In this document: positions 41,129 to 54,024 of the stretch, one piece after another | Layout of the letters: every line of letters starts with the position of its first letter | Numbering within the stretch: the first letter of the stretch is position 1 | From: Tubiluchus corallicola | Lineage: Eukaryota > Animalia > Priapulida | DNA length: 64,000 nucleotides | NCBI GenBank assembly: GCA_030141605.1 | Contig: JAQGDQ010000083.1 | Coordinates: forward strand, 496,001-560,000 | Direction of reading: 5' to 3' | Notes under the pieces: model-generated | Seen by the model: only the letters and a program-made list of their open reading frames with translations | Told to the model about the DNA's origin: nothing | Databases searched by the model: none | Program-made: the position numbers and the translations under genes

Positions 41129-41924
41129 TTTTCAATGTCTTCCTTCTCCAATTCATTACCCACAATGGTTTATAAAAATTCTGGCGATCACAGTCGTAAT
41201 TAATTAATGATATCGTTAATTGCCTGCTAATTTGGAAAAAATTTTGAATATTATTGAAACGTTTCCACAAGCATCATATCTTTACGTAAAACTTTAATAC
41301 TATTAATATTAGACATTCATGAGATGAATAATGCCGCGCAGTTCAATCATTCTATAGAAATGAAATCCAGCATCATTGGAAATATCACCTCCTATCTACA
41401 AGATGCACAGACTCGTCTCTAGGCTTTTGATTATCATGTTGAATGATCGGTCATTCCCACGGGTTTGAAAGCTCTTTCTTACTACTTAGCTCGGCACGAT
41501 GATAATGCTCTTTGAGTGACGGACTCGAAACGCAACATGGTATATCTGTCAGTATAAAGCAATCCTATTTACACAACAACAGCTTTTCCAGTGAAGTATT
41601 GCCAACTCATTCCATTTCATTTGGGTTTAATCAAAAATGCAAAATTGATTAAGTACGTGTGGATCTAGTGGCTCAGGCTTCCTTACCCTCGTGTCCTGAC
41701 AAAATGCATATGTCCCTGACAGTTGAGCAGCTACTTGGAGTGTTCAAAAATTGCATGAATGTTTCAGTTAGAACTGTTTGAAAGCTTTCACGCAGTGACT
41801 CTTTCACATTAGTTTTTCCTGAAAAAAATACCAAGGTGCCTGAAATATTGCAGCCACACGCGGTGCTTGTGACTTATCCTACTACATTGTAACCAAATTG
41901 AATGGATCTTGAAAACCGTAAGTT

Positions 41925-42317
41925 GTTGCACAAAAACAGGCGCTTGTTCGGTTGTGACGTAGTACACACGTTCAATAATTCATGTGTGTGCACAGCGGTA
42001 AACTCGAAATTTAAATTTTTAAACTTAAAATTTGCCGTGTTTTTGTGTATCACACTGAGTGTTGCACAGTAGCACTGTATGTCAATGTTTACTTTCACAA
42101 AGAAGTACAATACCCTCAAGGAACGTTTGTGTTGTTAAAATTTATGATGAACGTTTGCGATGTCACCACTATTTGGGCTCACGCGCCGTTAATTAAGTTT
42201 TTAACCTATTATTCAATTATCAGAAACGTTTTGGCATTATTATAAGTATTAAAATACATACTTTTAGCCTTCTTCAAAATGAGGTAGGATATGAAAAATC
42301 ATCCTGTTTTCCTTTAA
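41925..42317 (+). mobile_element. Family B Kolobok-like MITE, copy 3 (right part)
   Basis: Matches 8897-9170 (ttgcacaaaaacagg...). Ends atcctgttttcctttaa. Confidence 0.65.
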
Positions 42318-43923
42318 GGGATTTCTATTTTTCTTTGGACCTACATTCACGTGTTCACATACTGAATACGTACGCTCGTACAGTTCTTTACTTGCAGACT
42401 GCTCTGTATGAATGTGAGACATCAAAGAACATTACAATACAGTTATTGCATACAAGGTAGCCTGAAGCTGTTTGGACGAGTGATACACAGTCTCTCCAAT
42501 GGCACGCTTTTCATTAAGTCTTCAACTTTGTGCAATGACTCGCAAGTTAAACTCCCGCCGGAAGGAAGTAACGGAGCTGCCATCCTTCATTTGCCATTCT
42601 ACACAAAGCTATCATGTTCACTACAAATAATTACTGCGCAATACTAATTATGTCGACAATCTTTACGACGATGCCTGAATCATGGACACTTCCGTCTAGA
42701 TGACATTATCAGTTATACTAATATTCTAGTGATTGGTTAAAGCTACACTACTGTGAGCTGACAAACTCCATTACCGCCAAACTTGACAAATATTAATCCA
42801 GTTGTTCAAATGATTTTGCCTGTAATCTCTATAGAGAGTACACTTTGCTGAGTGGTGTAGTTTCAATTCGACTTAATTAACGAAGTGAAAAATTGACCTT
42901 TGACTAGAAATTTTAGCTGACGTACTTCATTTGATGTAACAAATTCTGTACAAACGTTATTGTGTTTAACTCGGGATGAGAACGCTTAGACTTGAATTTA
43001 CTCGTCGCTGGACATTTGGAAAGAGACACTTGGTCAGTTGGCGTTTGTGTAGTGGGCAGTGGCGCTCGTAGTTAAAATTACTGGGGGTGATGTTTCAGAA
43101 AAATTTTAGCCATTGTTTTAATACTGTGTAAAACGGAACAAACATATGTAATATTAATGTTGTAATTTCAAATTTGTAACTTTAGACAAACAAACAAACA
43201 TACAAAAATTTATACATAAACTTGATAAAATCCTAAACAAAAAAATATTTTGTTTATAAACAGGTTAAATTGCCGCTGTTCAAGAATACGTCGGTACACG
43301 GTTTTTAAGCACGTGACACCTGCGTGAGCCACAGTAATTTTTGCAGATTTTGCAAATTTTGCAGATTTGCGGATTTTTTTGCAAAGTAATTTTGGCAAAA
43401 CTTTCAGAGAGCTCAGTGACATCAGCATATCGCTCCGCGTCCGTTGTGACGTAAAACGTACACGGAAAATTGGTATATCAGCTTACGTTGAACGAAAACT
43501 CTCATTAGTAAACAACATGACAACTGTAATGTGTAATCAGCAGATAAATTGACTCTGTTTCGTCACATAAAAATTTTCAGAGCAGCAGTTATTTTTACAC
43601 GAAATTAATGGCTGAAAAAACGGAATTTATGCAGAATGTAGCGCCAAAATTTCACTGAATTCCAAAATGCATAGACATTAGTGCCATTATAATGGAACGA
43701 AACCAGTAAGACTAGTTTTAAGACAAATGGGCAACAAACCCCAATTACAAAGGATGTTTGATAAAGTCTCCTTTGCCTTTGAACATGTGGACTGAGAATG
43801 AGACTGTAGTTCTTGGTATGGACATCAATTTTGCCAGCAATGGTAAGCCATAGTTACCAATATTCACGAATACCTGATCTATTACATTGTTCTGTAGAGT
43901 ATTTACTGGAATATTCTGGAAAC

Positions 43924-45133
43924 AATAAAGCTTTTCACAGTTCCAGGGATTGATGATGATCGTGGAAAGGTTAAGTGTATCAGTCAACGCATTTGTGTAC
44001 ACTTGATAATGCCTTGGAGCCCAAACTATTGTAATAGTAACAGTTTTGTAATAGTAAGGTTCTAGCAATTGTAATAGCCAGAACCTTACCTAGTTCATTT
44101 TTTGTTCCCCAGCAAAATCCTGCTTGTAAATCACTCTACACACAGACTAATGCATAATTAAGTAAACTGCACGTAACACAACTAATGTTTATTTATTTAT
44201 TATTGACATTTATACTTATATTTAAATTGTATAAAAGAAAGAATCAGCAGGCGCATGCGCACTTACGCTGATCCTATAAGACATAAAAGATGCAAAAAAT
44301 AAGATTTCTAAAAACAATACTCTAAATAGAATATCTCTCATTAAAAAGCTCCTAATTAAATGTACCTAAATATGAATTATATACTACATATACAACACGT
44401 TTTATACAATAATACGATTTAGAGAGAACCAATTACGCCAATGGCAATGTTACATATTTCGGATAAAGTTGCAATAGGGCAGTAAATTAACATTAGCTAA
44501 TCTTTTAGAGAAAACTAACAAACTGGTAGCGAGTACTACATGAGAATCCAGAGCATTCCAAAAGTTTACAACTCTCTGTTAGCAAATGAAAATTTTGATA
44601 CGTTTAATCTCGAGAAAGACGTAAACAGTTCTAAGTTATGACCACGCAAGTGATTGGTTGAAGCGTACTGGAAAAAATCATAAAAACGTAAACCCACTAT
44701 TTTATGACAAATTTTGTACACCATCTTAAGGTCACAGGCAAGGCGTCGTAATTCGAGTGGCTGCATTTCTAGTTCCGATAGTCTGTCTTTCTTACTCAAT
44801 TTTATTATAATGAGTGAACCATTTTTATGACAAATAAAGAATTAATATATATATATATAAATAAGAAACATAATTAAACTGACATCGTTGGTACAACCTA
44901 CGAGAAAAATATCTCTGGACCTTTTCAATGCTGTCAATATCTTGCATATGGTGCTGGAACCACACCGATGAGCAGTACTCCAACAAGGGCCACAACTGAA
45001 CTGATGCGGTATTGGCATTGCTTTACCCATGTGTCACGTGACTGTTGTCGTTAAGAGGCGTTGCTTTGCGACACTTAATCATTGATCTACAGCAATTGCT
45101 CGTGCGCACAAGGAAACTGTGAAAAGGCTTATT
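43924..45133 (+). mobile_element. MITE family A copy 2, interrupted by a LINE insertion
   Basis: The left part (43924-44186) and right part (44996-45133) are collinear with copies 1 and 3. TIRs aataaagcttttcacagttcc / ggaaactgtgaaaaggctttatt. Confidence 0.8.
44187..44995 (-). mobile_element. 5'-truncated CR1-group LINE (RT C-terminus, 3' UTR, (AATA)n tail)
   Basis: Minus-strand translation PLLEYCSSVWFQHHMQDIDSIEKVQRYFSRRL...SY/KDRLSELEMQPLELRRLACDLKMVYKI...LRGHNLEL...FSFANR...FWNAL. Tail tttatttatttatt at ~44187. Confidence 0.9.
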
Positions 45134-46804
45134 AGCTGTGGCCTAAATTTTGTAACACTAAAAATATTATTTTATATTGACATTGTGAAAGAGATATTTT
45201 AAGCTTTAGTAATGAGATACAGTTTGGATGTTGTGCTCCTTTTATGAATTACCGTGCACCCGATTGACGCTTGGCACCACACTAAATTCTTCTGCATGAA
45301 AAATACTTTAGTATCGCTTAAAGAGGTATCTATTTAAAAAAAATAGAGTAGTATAACGGTTTCTTATAGTTAAACAAACATTACTTACCGCAAGTTTCGT
45401 TCTGTGTCTCTGTGTTTCTGTCGCCAACTGGTACATTTAACGTAGAGGTCACGTGAACCGCAAGCTTGTGTTGTGATTGGCTAAGTAGAATTGCGGAAGG
45501 AGATCGATAATAGACATTGTTTTACCTTACATTGTTATGGATAGCTCGGTCAGAGATTATGACCGTGAAACTTTAAAAAAAATGGAAATATTTAGTTAAT
45601 TTTCATCTTGAGTTATTCTGACTATAGTGAAAATAACACAATTATTGTCAATGAACTTCAATCTAATTAGAAAAACTTCTCACAAAAAACTGCTATAGCT
45701 TCTCTTATTTTTCCATTAGATGAGATCTCCATGGGAGTAATTATTAGGTTGCAGAATGTAGGTCAAGAATTATTTGGTCTAATCGATTCTTGCACTTTCA
45801 CTGAATGATTGACGATTCTCACACTGTAACTAAGACAATTTAGACTGGAAAATTACTTATTATGGCCAATCAGTGGCTGGGAGGGTGCTTGCTATTCAGA
45901 CAGTGTTTGCTGTTGTCTGATAGCTGTTATTCCGGCAGCTTCATCACGCAGCTAAATATAGAGAACTTACAGCAACTGACTTTAATAAGCTTTGTGTAAC
46001 AAAGCATCCAGAAAGTTCTAAAATTCATGTCAGGAATTCACTCTCCCAGATTTATTCTAAAAAGCAAATAAAAGAATAGTTTTCCGTCGCTTTTTTCGAT
46101 CTAATGGCGCGTTCAGGCGTACATACTTCTCTTACAACTTGTTGTGCAACTTCTTTCTGAGAGTAAAGTTGCCAAGCCATTCACACGTGCAACAAGTTGC
46201 CAGAGAAGTTTCTACGTCTGAATGCGCTGTAATGCGTGTAATTTTAACCTTGTAATGTATGGCAAATAATTTTTCTCTAACCAGAACGGGTTTAAATGCA
46301 AAACTATAGTTTAAAAATATTTGTGGCTAACTCAAACTAGTAGTCCTTGTCACTACTTTACTGCATTTTATAGTGAAGCAATGATGAAAGTCGAAGAGTA
46401 ACTGGTGTTAATTCTATCAAAATATAATTGAAAACACAAAGCTTAATAGATGCAGTGTCACAGAAAAACAACTGATACTCAGTCAGTGATCCACACGTGA
46501 CAAACTGCTAAAAAACGGCAGAAAATTTCCACGAGTAGGCTTACCACACTCGGATTAAAAAGTATAAGGAGCTATGAGATAAATTTGAAACGTCTCGGAG
46601 TGACTTGAAGGGATCAGCATCCAACTCAGATCTTGAACCACCTCTCTCACAAGCCATTCAATTTAAGCGAAGGAAATCATTCCAGAGTTTTTGAATCGCT
46701 CCAAAGATGCCCTTCAAGAATGCAGACTGTGTAAAAAAACGTGCGAAGCTTCAGCACTAAATATAATGCGCATTCGTAGATTTGATATACGAAAGAGCTC
46801 TCCT

Positions 46805-47010
46805 AGGATTTGTGATCATTAACAGAGAAAAAAGTAATGCACTTTATCGTCTCAAAGATTATAATATTTATTCAGTAGCTTTCGCCCTAGCGGGTCTCAT
46901 CAGCTCTCAGATTACCAACACTTTCTATTCAGCTGATAAAGCCCGCTAGAGCGAAGGCTACTGAACAAATGTTATAACATTTGCGTCTATAAAAGGCATT
47001 ACGTTTTTTA
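46805..47010. mobile_element. Inverted pair of Penelope-like terminal repeats, each with a hammerhead motif
   Basis: Minus copy 46805-46905 and plus copy 46905-47010 are mutually complementary and homologous to 35035-35160. Confidence 0.75.
46868..46905 (-). ncRNA. Minimal type-I hammerhead ribozyme motif (intact core, truncated stem I)
   Basis: Minus strand reads ag-CUGAUGA-gacccgcuagggc-GAAA-gc-UA-cugaaua. Confidence 0.65.
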
Positions 47011-47639
47011 TGGCATTCATAGATTCTCTGTGGTTGCTGCAATTTATGAAATGCATTGTTTCGTATTGTTACTCATTGTTTTTGTACCATTATTGCAGGT
47101 AGTTATATAGCACCCTGTGTAGAACAATACCTTGTGTGACACACAACCCTGTAATATTCCATATAAGTATTAGAAAAATACGTCTGACACGACGACATTA
47201 GCTACATTTGCTAGAAATTTAAGCAATGGTTTCTTGTTTAACATCAGTTTTTTTCTATATTTCTCGAATCTGATGCAAGGATATTCTCTAACACACAAGC
47301 TGTATGGCCATTGTGTCGGGTACAGCTGGTGCATGACTACTACATGAAGGCTTATTTATCGTGTTGTCTACCAATAACCAGTAACAAGTACGTTACATGT
47401 TAAGACAGAGAAATATAGATGGGTAGAGTATCGACCTTTTGGAAGCATCGAAGACCACATGCAGTTTTCGAGCAACGTATTTTTATTTGGGTTACACCAC
47501 GAGCGGTGTGACTGAAATCCTGTTAGAAACAGTAAACAAGTATCAGAGCGGCATAAGCAGGCACGCCATTAATTATGACAAGCAGGAAAAGGGATAGAAG
47601 GTGCTGTTATGGATGGTAGACAGAAAAAGAGAGATAATT

Positions 47640-47652
47640 AAAGAGAGAGAGA

Positions 47653-47698
<46 letters not shown>

Positions 47699-48030
47699 GA
47701 GAGAGAGAGAGGGGGGAGAGAGAGACAGAAAGAGAGAGAGAGAGAGGGAGGGAGAGAGAGAGAGGGAGAGAGAGAGAGGGGGAGAGAGAGAGAGGGAGAG
47801 AGAGGGGAGAGAGAGAGAGAGAGAGAGACAGAGAGAGAGAGACAGAGAGAGAGAAAGAGAGAGAGAGGGAGGGAGAGAGAGGGGGGAGAGAGAGAGAGAG
47901 GGAGAGAGAGAGAGGGGAGAGAGAGAGGGGGGAGAGAGAGAGAGAGAGGGAGAGAGAGAAAGAGAGAAAGAGAGAAAGACAGAGGGAGAAAGAGAGAGAG
48001 AGAGAGAGGGGTAGGGAGAAAGAGAGAGAC
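47640..48030. repeat. (GA)n/(GGGA) polypurine tract
   Basis: Seen directly. Confidence 0.97.
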
Positions 48031-48180
48031 TTTTCACATAGTTTGGCACTAATCTCGTTAATATAAAAGATCATTGTGGCGGGACGCGAACCTAGTCAAT
48101 CCTTAGAATGAAGCACTGAACCAGCAAATATGCGTTAATCAGGTTCGGGGGTACATACAGTCTATGGGAGTAGTGTGCCT

Positions 48181-48286
48181 GATGAAACCGCCTGGAAATC
48201 GTTCATGCTAAAGCATCCATTTCTAATCAAGTTCAGCAATGCTTAACTTCGCAAGGTAGTACACACCGTGGTCACTCATCCATTCC
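48181..48286. other. 5S rRNA-derived fragments (SINE3-like), rearranged
   Basis: Plus strand gatgaaaccgcctggaaat resembles 5S GATGGGAGACCGCCTGGGAAT. Minus strand cgaagttaagcattgctgaacttgattagaaatggatg resembles the 5S box A to box C region. Minus strand tggatgagtgacc resembles box C. Confidence 0.45.
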
Positions 48287-48586
48287 TATGGTCCAATAAG
48301 TAAATGTGAATGTGACATTAATGTGTATTTTAAGTAGTTTTGTCGTCTGATAACGTCTGCAGCTTCACGCGCCTCCAGCACAGACAAGATTCCACAGCAG
48401 TAAGTAAATATTTTCCATGATAAATAATCTCCCATATGGCGTCCCACATGAGCTATTTTAGCTTGTTTTTAGGGTTAAGAAACTGTATAAAGCTCAAATA
48501 TGAGTGGTTTTAGCTCACTTGGGCAGTAGGCATTTGGACATTGAATACTCTAAGCAGTACAAGTACTAGCTAATTTTCACAGGGGT

Positions 48587-49247
48587 GCTACCTGCCTACC
48601 TACCTACCTACCTACCTACCTACCTACCTACCTATCTATCTACCTACCTACCTACCTACCAACCTACCTACCTAACTACCTGCCAACCTGCCTACATACC
48701 TTCCTACCTACCCACCTACCTACCTACCTACCTACCTAACTGCCAGCCAACCTACCTACCTGCCTGCCTGCCTGCCTACTTGCTAACCTACCAACTTACC
48801 TACCTACCAACCTACCTACCTAACTACCTGCCAACCTGCCTACATACCTTCCTACCATCCTGCTACCAACCTGCCTGCCTACCTACCTCCGTACCTATCT
48901 ACTTACTACTTACTTTCTTGCTTGCTTGCTTGCTTGCTTGCCTGCCTGCATGCCTGCCTACCTGCCTACTTGCTAACGTACCAACTTACCTACCTACCTA
49001 CCTACCTACCTACCTGCCTGCCTGCCTGCCTGCCTACCTACCTACCTACCTACCTACCTACCTACCTACCTACCTACCTACCTACCTACCTACCTACCTA
49101 CCTACCTACCTAACTACCTGCCAACCTACCTACCTACCTACCTAACTGGCTGCCCACCTACCTACCGACCTATCTGCCTGCCCACCTGCCTACTTGCCTT
49201 CCTACCTACCAACCTGCCTGCCTGCCTGCTTGCCTGCCTGCCTGCCT
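48587..49247. repeat. (CCTA)n/(CCTG)n tetranucleotide repeat
   Basis: Seen directly; it explains the LPTY ORFs. Confidence 0.97.
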
Positions 49248-49249
49248 AA

Positions 49250-50548
49250 ATAGACTGAGAAATTTAAATCTACCCTCGATAATCAATCGACTCTTCATCA
49301 TCGAATAAAACTAAAATCAGATGTAATAGTAATCGTTTTATTGTTGTAGCTGGTATGTAAGAAAAGAACCTTATTATCTAATCAAAATTCAGTTTTTGTA
49401 AATATTGTAAATAATTATAAGCCAGTGGGAGGCTGAGTGAGTGAAGAGATGAAACAATAAATAGACGTGTATGACTAAGCGAGTTATTTTAATTTCCTTT
49501 GATTTAACACTATCTCAAATATAAGTTCATGAGACAAAACAATGACTATACCAAAATGCAAAAAATACATAAGTGTAATGACAAATAAAAACAAAATATA
49601 AAGCCTAAATTAGGAAGCTGGGTAGGCAGGTAGGTAAAAAGAGTCTGTGCTGCATTGTAAATTTCCTTCTTGAAGAACCTTTGACATTCAATTGACAGCG
49701 TCATTACAAAATAGCAATGCTATTTGACTCTGTTTTAGAAACCAACTGCGTTTGTTTCAATTTAGTTTCTTATCTTAAACCAGTTTATATCAAGATGTCT
49801 GGTGGGGTTATGAAATTGCGTAATTTATCATTGGCCATTGTTGCTACAATCAGACCATTACGAAAACGGCAATTTGGTTTTCGAGTTCGAATTGTCAAAC
49901 CGCGAGCGAAGTGCATCTAGTCAGCTATAGTAAAACCCTTGAATACCTCCTTCAGCAAGGTTAAATACGTATTGTAATGTTAAATTAAATCCTATTTACC
50001 GGTAAAATGCCTTCGGAGACGTTCGTGTCTCGGAAAATTAAGTTTTGTACTGCTAGAAACTGCTTATCTCGAAGCAAGTAAAACTCCTTCCAACATGAGT
50101 CGTCTCTCCCCCCTCTCTCTCTCTCTCTCTCTCTCTCGTTCACTCCTTCACTCGCCACTTGTGTTCAGCCGTTCGTTTAACTAATGACTTAAATTATTTA
50201 TCATAATTTTTCGCCATTATTTTTGTATTTTTTTGCATTTTAGTATAGTCGTTCTTTTGTCCCATAAGCTCATGTGTGTTAAATCGAAATAAATTAATAT
50301 CACTCTCTCAATCATACATTTACACGTCTATTTATTAACTTGCCTCATCCCTTCACTCACCCATTCTCTCACTCGCTTTTTCTCTTACAGTTATTTAGAA
50401 TGTTTACAAAAAGTGAATCTTAATTTTAATTAGCTTCTTTTCTTACCAGCTACAACAATAAAGCGACTACTATGTATCTAATGTCAGTTTTATTCGATGA
50501 TGAACGTTCGATCGGTTATCGAGAGTAGATTTAGATTCCTCAATCTCT
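49250..50548. mobile_element. Non-autonomous DNA transposon with ~230-bp imperfect TIRs
   Basis: 49250-49480 (agactgagaaatttaaatctaccctcgataatc...catcatcgaataaaact...ttattgttgtagctggta...tagacgtgta) is the inverted counterpart of 50320-50548. Confidence 0.75.
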
Positions 50549-50959
50549 CAACTCAACTGCTCAGCCTTTAACATGAAAGCTGCTGATGGGCGTGAGCATT
50601 CTCTACCGGAAAGCGAATTCGAATCGAAATGAAAATGTGACTTTCGATAAAAGAGATTGTAGACGGATACGTGGATGAATTAATGAAGATCCCATTTTTT
50701 TGAACAGAAGAATACGGTATAATTTTTGAGAAGCAAAATTATACAGAATAACCGTGAGCCCAACAGAACATAGAAAAATGCAATCCGTAAGATCAGTACT
50801 GTAGGAACCTTAATGATGATTGTTCCAAAAAATTAACAAATAAATAAGAATTAGTTGATGTTATAAATTGCCTGCTGAATTTTTGGAATTAAAATATACA
50901 ACGTTGTTCGTATTAATTTTCGAAAATACTCTAAATCTTTCTGATTATTAATTAGGGAA

Positions 50960-51500
50960 CCACGAATTTCTTTATGTACAGAGAACCATTTATTACCAAT
51001 TAACCCGTTTGGACGTGTCTAATACTTCAACGTTTTTGGGATGAACATCATGCTCTGTCACCTGAACATGCTGGGCAAGACCATGTTACATGTTGCCTAG
51101 TTTTATGCTTAGAGGCTTAGTGTTCCCTTCTGTTCCATTATAACCTTCGATCTCGAACGTTCGATGATCACTCCTACAGCTTTTGATCGATTCTGAAATA
51201 GTTTTCCTGAGACGTAAAAACTCATTATATTTTAGTTTGTCATTAGTTTGGTGATTATAGAAATGCTCTTCCTTGCTTTTGTTTCTACACAAAATCGCAA
51301 AAGCTTCTTATTACTAGGGAACTTAGTGATTATAAGGGATTTTGTTGTGTTTTTACCCGCCCATTGTATTTTTGTTTTCAGTTAAATGTAGAAATAAGCT
51401 AGCTGACAATGTTTCTGACATGGACAGAAACTGAAGATTTTGCAAGCAATACAGCCAGTAGTTACAAAATTGGATATCGAAAAGACTCCAGCCTTTTCTT
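50960..51500 (-). mobile_element. Penelope-like element ORF remnant (GIY-YIG endonuclease end)
   Basis: Minus-strand translation continues past the stop of ORF 51086-51292: YNGTEGNTKPLSIKLGNM*HGLAQHVQVTEHDVHPKNVEVLDTSKR. This fits the PLE 'YIG..L..R..(S)xxAxH....H.....V.IL' pattern. Confidence 0.55.
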
Positions 51501-51904
51501 TCAATGTTCTCACTTTGTTTCATTGAGTACGCATTGCTTGAATGCGTAGGAACTACACTTCATAATGAAATAGCAATTTGTAACATTTTCAACCCATAGC
51601 CCAGGGGTCAGAGGTCTCTCAGCATAACGGATACCGTTTCAAGTGCCTCCGTAAGACCTTACATTTGTTGCAATACAAGTTAGCTCGGTTGATACTGGCA
51701 GATGCCAGCAGCCAGACGGACAGGACCAGCTAATAGTTTATATATTTCTACAAGATAGTCATTATGCCAAAAAGAACACACAAATAATAATCAGCTTGTT
51801 ACAGGGCACTAGTTCTAAGTTGTTGTTGATTGGCCTTTAGGCCCAGTAATCTAAGACACATCTTAATACACATCTGATTGGCTAGAGCAACAGCTTCCAG
51901 GCAC

Positions 51905-53679
51905 ACTTTCGGTGGTAAGGTCATTGTCAACAAATGGATTCAACAACTGGTCTAATCTTCATACGAGGCTATGTGAGCACAAAAGTTCTAAGAGCCAGTT
52001 GAAAGCCACATAGAGATTCTGGGAGTTGCATCAAAGACTTTGTAGTGGACAGACCATTGACATAAAACGTGAAATAATCATCAATGAACATGCAAAGCAT
52101 TGGTTGGCAGCAAGTTTTCAATAGGCTGGTGGCAATAGTGCTGTTTCTTGCTGAGAGAAATCTAGCATTTAGAGGGACAGACGAAACAGTTTGTAGCGAG
52201 AGTGTACACAATGGAAACTTTTCAGGTCTCGTTGAACTATTTGGAAAGTTCGACCCCGTTCTTGGAGAACATTTTCGAAAAGTCAAAACCCGCAAAATTC
52301 GCAATCACTATTTAGGAAAAGACACTCAGAATGAACTGCTGGACATAATGACTACAGCTGTTTTGAATGAGATACTCAGACGCATAAAAGCAGCTAAATA
52401 CTATCATTTTAGACTGCACACCTGACATGAGTCACCAAGAACAAATGTCTCTAACAATCAGGTATTTGTCTTATGGTCACTTAGCTCCTGCAGGTATTTA
52501 TTAACATTTAATGAAGTTTGTAAAAATAGAAAGTAGCACAGGAGAAGATTTATATAAAACGTTAATAAATACACTGAAGGAATTAACTTTAGACGTGAAA
52601 GACATTCGAGGCAAAGGCTATGACAATGATAGCAACACAAAAGGTCACACCTCTGGAGTACAAGCAAGACTGCTGAAGGATAATTCAAGAGCGTTCTTTG
52701 TACCTGTGCATGTCACAATTATAGCCTTTTACTTGGAGCAGTGGCCAATTGTTGTCCGGATGCTATAAAATTCTTTGAGATCTTGCAAAGGATCTATGTA
52801 AGGACACTCCCTTTAACCGAAACTAGGTGGTTTTGTCGGGTTGATAATGTTAGCTGTCCGTTACCAAGTTGGAGAAGTATACGATGCTCTTGTGGAAATA
52901 TGAGCCGTAACTGATGAGCCCAAGGTAGAAACAGGAGCAGAATCTTTAGCAGACTAACTGAAAAACTACGAATTTTTAGTTTCTTTGATATTTTGGCATA
53001 AAGTACTTTTTAAAGTTAACTTTGTAAGCAAGGAACTACAGGGTGAAACAAAGGACATTGATGAAGGCATGGAGTCATTTGAAAAGGTATTATCATGGCT
53101 AAGAATCTATAGAGAGGGTGGTTTTGATGATGTCTTAGTAGGCGCAAATGAATTGAATCCTCAGAGTCTAGGTTTCAGCATGTTTGGATTTTTACATAAC
53201 TTCCACAGCTTACAAAAGGTAGAAAATAGGAAGCACCCTGCAGACCTTGAAGCAGCTTTAACTGAAATTACGCTAATACACACTGATGATGGAGGAGTAG
53301 TCACTGAGACAAACAAAGATGTGCATGGTTATCTGTTGGCTGAAGAACTTGAAGCTCTAAAAACTTTTCTTCCATTCAGTGTAGTTAAACCTCAAGCTCT
53401 GTTTGAATACCTGGCAGTGAACAATAGATTCACAGCATTTCCTAATGTTTTTACTGCGTTGAGGACTTACTTGATAATACCCGTAACAGAAGCATCAGGT
53501 GAAAGAAGATTTTGAAATCTGAAGCTGGTTAAAACATACGTACAGTCAACAATTTCACAAGACAGACTAAAATTAATGTGGCGTTGCTATCTATAGAAAA
53601 TGACATTGCAAAAACCATTGACTTCGAAATGATTTTGAAAGATTTCTCAAATCGAAAAGCCAGAAGAGTCAGCTTTTAG
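51905..53679 (+). pseudogene. Decayed hAT transposase (ZMYM1/THAP12-like, DUF4371 plus hAT C-terminal dimerisation domain)
   Basis: Motifs across frames: GFNNWSNL..RL.EH; FLAERNLAFRG; NGNF; QNELL; LDCTPDMSHQEQ; GYDN; GVQARL; ETRW; FPNV...IPVT.ASGER.F..LKL.KTY..STISQDRL; LLSIE; DFSNRKARR. Multiple stops and frameshifts. Confidence 0.92.
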
Positions 53680-54024
53680 AAGGTACATGCATAAATAATA
53701 TGCTGGTAAGTTTCTTGACTTGTAGTAAGACATTAAATATTTCATACAGGTTTTCAATTTCTAGTAAATATCATTGCGGCTAATGATGGCGCTTCAGTTC
53801 TTCAACACTTTTTGGCTGGGGCTTGTATGAGTACCCAGCTATCAATCTCAACGCATAGTTCTGAAGGAAATTTAATTTTAGGTAATTTTCTCTTTTCTGA
53901 AGTAGCATACATCCATATAAGTAGTGTGGTAGAATTAAAGTTTTGTATATTAGTGTCTTAGTTTGTTTTGTTAGTTGCCCTTTAACTTGCCCTAACCCGT
54001 CAAAGATATGATGTGCTAGATGCC

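Noticed and set aside
52084-53515. Domesticated ZMYM1/THAP12-like host gene
   Set aside because: Numerous frameshifts and in-frame stops with no intron-like gaps indicate a dead hAT transposase.
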